From Podarcis gaigeae (lineage: Eukaryota): a stretch of DNA of 64,000 nucleotides. The stretch lies in assembly GCA_964106915.2 (NCBI GenBank), contig OZ066921.1. One strand, written 5' to 3'. Position numbers and translations under genes: made by a program. Under the pieces are notes generated by a model. That model was not told the origin of the DNA. It did not search any database and was given only the letters and a program-made list of their open reading frames with translations. Shown here piece after piece: positions 53,520 through 59,769 of the stretch; within the stretch, counting starts at the first letter, position 1, and each line of letters opens with the position of its first letter.

Positions 53520-56235
53520 CTACTTTCAGAAGAAGAATAAAACCAAAGTTCAGTCATTCCGGGGCATTTAAGGCAGAGGGGAGGCACTGGCAGCGCAGTA
53601 TAAGCTGCTTATCAAATAGGCAAGAAAAGGGTAGTACCACTGGCCAGATCCTTTTCTCCCCCAATCACTGCAGACCAACTTTGACACCCAGCTGTCATTC
53701 ATCTGCCATAATAATGATGCTTGATGATTGACAAGTGGATTATCCACAGGGGTAAGGAGAGATAACAAAAACAGCCAGGCTTCAGCTCCCCACCCATCAG
53801 TTAGTGGGAGGTGAATTGAAGCCTGCCTTTTGTAGGGATCTACTGCACAAATGTGTTTCCCATGGGGAACTCACTCATGCAACTGAACCAAGCAGAATTG
53901 AACTGCCCACTGATCAGCTTACATCAGCCACTCATTGGGTGACATCACCCAATTCATAGATGTATGTGATTTTGGAAAAAATGGCCATGAGAACCAAATT
54001 GGAAACTCTAGCAGGCCAAGACTGAAGGAAAAGCCACATCCTCAGGATGAGACAGTGTGGAAGGGGGAGCCGAGGGCTTCCTCTCAAGTTGGGTGATTTC
54101 CAGCTTTGAAGATGGCGGAGTAGCACACTCCCTGTGTGAGAACATTTTATTGAACTATATACCTGCAGTATGGAAATTATCAACGGGATAACAGAAATAG
54201 ATTTTCCATGCCCTAATGGTGGCCAAGAGATTGATATTGAGGAATTGGAAAAATAAGGAAATGATACCGTTTAATCAATGGACTGACAATATGACATCAC
54301 TGGCAATTTATGAACGGACTACTTCCAGGCAGACACAGACTCTATGGATATGATTAACATTTGGAATGAGTTTATACAAAATGCAGTAGGCTATTAACAT
54401 TTACATAAGCACCAGGACAATAACACTATACCAATTTATACAAGAATGTATGGGAATATTGTATATTTTTTGCAGGGTTTTTTTTTCATATTTTCGCTTT
54501 TATGTGTATCTTTGCTGTTGTTTTTGTCCCTCTCACTTTTCCTTCTTTTTTTCCTGTATCACTTTATTTCTTTTAACTGAAATCACTTTAATAAAATATA
54601 AATATCAGGGGGAAAAGTTGGGTGGCTGGCGCATCATCCAAATCAGAGTCATCCACAGGCTGACATTGGGAACCATATGTTGGTTTCAAGAGATTATAAA
54701 CAAAGTAAATAGCATATAATTAATACATTTTGATCCAGCCTTTACTTCATCATTGTCAGGGAACTGGGGGCTGAGAAGGGGGAAATGCTGGGAAAATACA
54801 GAGATAAGCCTCCGATCATTAGTAGTGGTACCTCATCAGGGGAGGACAACGACGAAGGGTTGTCAGGAAGCAATGAAGCAGAGAGGGGGGAGCAATTTCC
54901 GGGGCTTAGCTCTTCACGTAACAGAGGAAGGAAAAGGGGAGGCTCTGGAAGTGGTTATGCTGGGGAAAACGAAAGCAGCAACCAGTTGCTGCATCTGATT
55001 CCAATGAGCCGGATGTGCTCTGAGAGCTCTGAGTGTAAATAGAAGAATGAACCAAATAAAACCTATAAAACTGGCTGGAGGCCCAGACTCTTATCTCTTC
55101 TAGCACCCACCAATCATTCCTGACAATCATGGGTCTCAGGGTGGTATCCATTAAGTTCCCAAGTATCTCCCATTGAGACCCAGACCTGTTTAACCACTTA
55201 GTAGGGTGACTGTGTCATGTACCCGTAGACAATGTCTTGGGAACATCAGACAAAATCCCAAAGAGAGGACTTATGATTGCTCTTACCTGATCAGGGTCTC
55301 ATGATCCTGTGTCATGAAGGACCAGCGGTATTTTACAAGAAGGGGGCTGCAGTTGGTCATATTGATCTCACGGACAACTTCTGTGTCATTCAAGATGCAG
55401 CCAAAATTCAAATCCATCGTCTCAAAGTGTAGGTTAGGGAAACGCACTTCTCCCCGTAGGTTGATGTGGTCTACATGGGGATGCTCCAGGTAACGGAAAG
55501 TCAAGACTTCTTCTGCCACTCGGTTGTACAAGTCATCTCTGTAGAGAGGGTCAAACCTGATACAGAGGTCATGCATCTCCCCAACGTCCATAGTTAAGGC
55601 CTAAATCAGGAAAGAAATAAGTTTATTTTAAATAAATAAATAACTGATTGGTATCTGCCTACCACTGTAGTTCTTTGAAAATGACTTCTGCATTTTCAGT
55701 CACTGGAGACTGTTTGCAGTGCTGTCTAGGCCTGGACAGGTCACAACCAGCAGCCTGAACTGTACCCTGCAAAGGGCCTCTTACTTAGAGGCCTGAGGTG
55801 AAAAGAGACTCCTCATACCTGACAAGGTACTGGCAGCATTTCATGATCAGTATCACAGAGGGAAAAAGGTTCTTGCAAAGAGAGGAGGACATTGATTGGC
55901 AAAGACGAAACATTTTTCAAAGTCAGAGGTTCGTACTGGGGATTCAGGCTATCATTGGGGTCCTGGCAGGGGAAAATAAAAACATTTGAGATGTATTAAA
56001 GAACAGAAAAAATATATATCCTGCTGTACATCACAGCACCAAGTGATCAACCAGAGGATCACTTTCCATCCCATCCTATCAAGCCCTTCCATATTCCATG
56101 ATGAGAAATGACCTCCTCACAGGAATAGCATTATGCTTTTAATAGCCAGCTACTTGGTACTTGGTACTAGAGGACACCGATTGTTTCCATTCATGGGGGG
56201 GGGGGGGTTAGAAACTGATGTGATTCCATTCCCAT

Positions 56236-56295
<60 letters not shown>

Positions 56296-59200
56296 GTATT
56301 CATTCATTCATTCCATGAAATTTACACGCTGCTTGATTGCAAAAAAACAAAACCCTCCAGGCGATTTACAAATAGATATATCAATAAAATTATCAATAAG
56401 AAAAGTTAAAATAACAATAGATTACAAACATTAAAACTCACATCAGTTTTCTAAACATCTGGGTAGGATTGTCTAAACAAAAATGTTTTTAGCAGGTGCT
56501 GGAAAGAGTACAATGAAGATGCCTGCCTGATATCGATAGGCAAGAATTTTCAAAGTTTAGGTAATAATAATTATTTTTATTATTTTATTATTTATACCCC
56601 GCCCAGCTAACTGGGTTGTCCCAGCCACTCTGGGCAGCTTCCAACATATATAAAATATTTTTTAAAAAATTACACATTAAAAAGCTTCCCTATACAGGGC
56701 TGCCTTCAGATGTCTTCTGAAGGTTATATAGTTACTCATGTCTTTGACATCTGATGGGAGGGCGTTCCACAGGCTAGGTGCCACTATTGAGAAGGTACCA
56801 TCACACTAAAAGATTGAGTTCTTACAAATGCAGAATGGGCACCTGTAAATGTGCCAGTTCCATTGATCAAAGCAGTCAAGAGAACCATGTGTTAATTTTC
56901 AAAAGTTATGTCTTCCACATTTCTAAAGCACCGTCAAAAACTCCTATTTTTTCATATAATAATGTCTCTTGGAGGATCTGAATCACACAAGACAGGTATT
57001 AGCAATTTAAATCACTGGACTATCATGTCCATAATATTGTCATATTCCTCCCCTTCCACAAAACTCCTCAGATGAAGATTGACCCTTTAAGTTTGTTTTG
57101 AAAATCTTACATTTTATATTCATATTCACCTGAATAATTTTTAAAGGGTTTTTTAATGTGGTAAGCTTAAATCTATTGCTGCTGATGCAGTTTCCACAAT
57201 TCCTTCTAATTCCTTTGACATTGCATTTGCCTTATTTCTGAGATGAACCATCAGTTCCTTCCACGTTTCTGTAATAATTTCTTTAATTTAATGAGGATAC
57301 CTTGAGCTGCAAATTCCTCTCAGCACTGCATTTGTATCTTTTTCTACCATGGCTTTGGCAGTCTTAATTGGGCCAAGCGCCATTCTGTCTCTCTGTTGGC
57401 TCATTGCCCTGGCTTCTCTGCAAGGTTCTTGTGGCTTGAGAAAGTTTGTTAAACTGCCTTGTTTCGATTTCAGCATATTTATTGACATTCCCCCTTGTGA
57501 GTGGGGGTAAAAAGCTTTCCAATTTTCTGAACTGATCAGCTGCTTTGAAGAGAAATTATATACCCAAGGGCAGGAGCTCCAGGTTACTCAGACATCTTGA
57601 TTGTTGGCTGACCGTGGCCCTTTCTGTTCCTTCTTAGGAATAATTTCTGTTATGAAGCCACATTTCAGCTCTGAGTTGGAGGAAGCTAAACAAGTTGCAA
57701 AATGACCTATTGGCAAGCATGTTTTTGCAGGAGGGAAGGAAGGGCCTCTTTGAGCCTAGGAGTTGGGCTGATCTCTTTGGCAATCATGGTTTTGATGTGT
57801 TACAAGGTTGCCCATCTCTGCCTGCACAAACCTTCTGTCAAAACTGAGGTGGCTGTCACTTTAGCTCCTGATGATGCCCAGAACATCTGAGCCTCTTTTG
57901 AACTGAAATGTGATTGAGTGTGTGTTTGCAGTTTCTGATCACAGCTCCACCCCCCTTTCCACAACCCACTCCATCCTCCATTCATTCCACTAGCCCTTTG
58001 TAACATGCCAGTAAGCAGCCTGATGGCCAAAGCACTAACCTTCTCCACTTGGAATGTGATCTCTTTGGGGAAAATGTGTAGAATGGGTGCAATGAATTCA
58101 CATATGACATCAACCTTCATGATAAGCTCCTTCCCAGATTGCTTCCCTATGATGGCATGACAGAGCAGCCTTTCCTTTACAACCTGTACATGGAAACAAG
58201 AGCACAGTTTTTTTGCCAGAATAAAAGTGGTTGGGCCGCTATGCCTGTGGTGCTTTCAGTGGACCCCTGGCCATGGGGCTCCCTGAAAACTATGCCTTGG
58301 CTACCTTTTGGTTCCAAGCAAAAGAAGCATGAATTGGCAAATATATAATTCTCTTTTGTAGAAGTTTGATTCCTGACAATTCCATATATCCTAAATTCTG
58401 CACCAGTTGGTGCCTAAGGATTGACCTTTAAAAGCAAATCATGGAAAGGTGATGATCATACCATCCTTCCACAAAAAGGTTGTATTGGTATCCAGTTGCA
58501 ACATAACATTTCCCACAGAATTTTTTTTTTTTTAAAAAAAACACCTTCTATATAGTAATAAATTAAATGGCTGTGAGAATCAAGGACATAATCAGCCATT
58601 TGTGTAAATGGTAGGGATGTACAAGCACGTCTCAATCTGTTCCAACATTCATCCACAATTTCATCTGATATTTTCTGTTCCACTGTGATTGGTTTATTGT
58701 GCACAAGTCTCACTACTGTTTCAATGTAACATTTTACATATATTGCACAATAGATATGCATATCTCAGCCATCAACAAATATTTAGAATTCAGCTGTGTT
58801 CCCTTTGAAAATTAATTAATTTCCAGAGGTGTAACTGTCAAACTTTTGCTTCAGAAAACCCAATGAGTCTTGTGGCACCATAAAGGCAAAGCTAATGGCC
58901 AATCATTCTTCTTCTTCTTTCTTTTTTGGCGATCACTCGTAGCCAAGTAAGATTGTCTTCCATAAACACTGTTTTAACAATGAGTTTGTAAGTGACTGTG
59001 GAGGCCAATTCTGGATCCACTGCAAACCTAGCCATGTCTACTCAAAAGTAAGTCTCATTGAATTCAGTGTGGCTTAAAGGTAAAGGTAAAGGTACCCCTG
59101 CCCGTACGGGCCAGTCTTGACAGACTCTGGGGTTGTGCGCCCATCTCACTTAAGAGGCCAGGGGCCAGCGCTGTCCGGAGACACTTCCGGGTCACGTGGC

Positions 59201-59726
59201 CAGCGTGACATCGCTGCTCTGGCGAGCCAGAGCCGCACACGGAAACGCCGTTTACCTTCCCGCTGGTAAGCGGTCCCTATTTATCTACTTGCACCCGGAG
59301 GTGCTTTCGAACTGCTAGGTTGGCAGGCGCTGGGATCGAGCAGCGGGAGCGCACCCCGCTGCAGGGATTCGAACCGCCGACCTTTCGATCGGCAAGTCCT
59401 AGGCGCTGAGGCTTTAACCCACAGCGCCACCTGCGTCCCATTCAGTGTGGCTTACTTCCATGTAAATGGATTAGGATTGCAGCCTTGCAGTGTTGATTTT
59501 AAAATTCAGTACTATATAGCCTTAATCCTGTCTCATTTTTCTCCTGCAGGCATTAGGGAAGGCATCAATACCCTGTTGATATTTTGCTCTTTGTGCCCTG
59601 GATTATATTAATTCCTGAGGGCATATCAGACATTTCACTCTAATGCCACTTATATTAGTCCTTTTTGTAATGTAACATTTTATTTCATTAATATGTATTT
59701 TATACAGAAAATGGTCTCTTGCTGTG

Positions 59727-59769
<43 letters not shown>

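Noticed and set aside
54785-55042. 85-aa G/S/E-rich ORF as a nested gene
   Set aside because: Lies entirely within the solo LTR.
59360-59439. tRNA gene
   Set aside because: The A/B boxes are the head of a Sauria SINE; there is no full cloverleaf or Pol III terminator.
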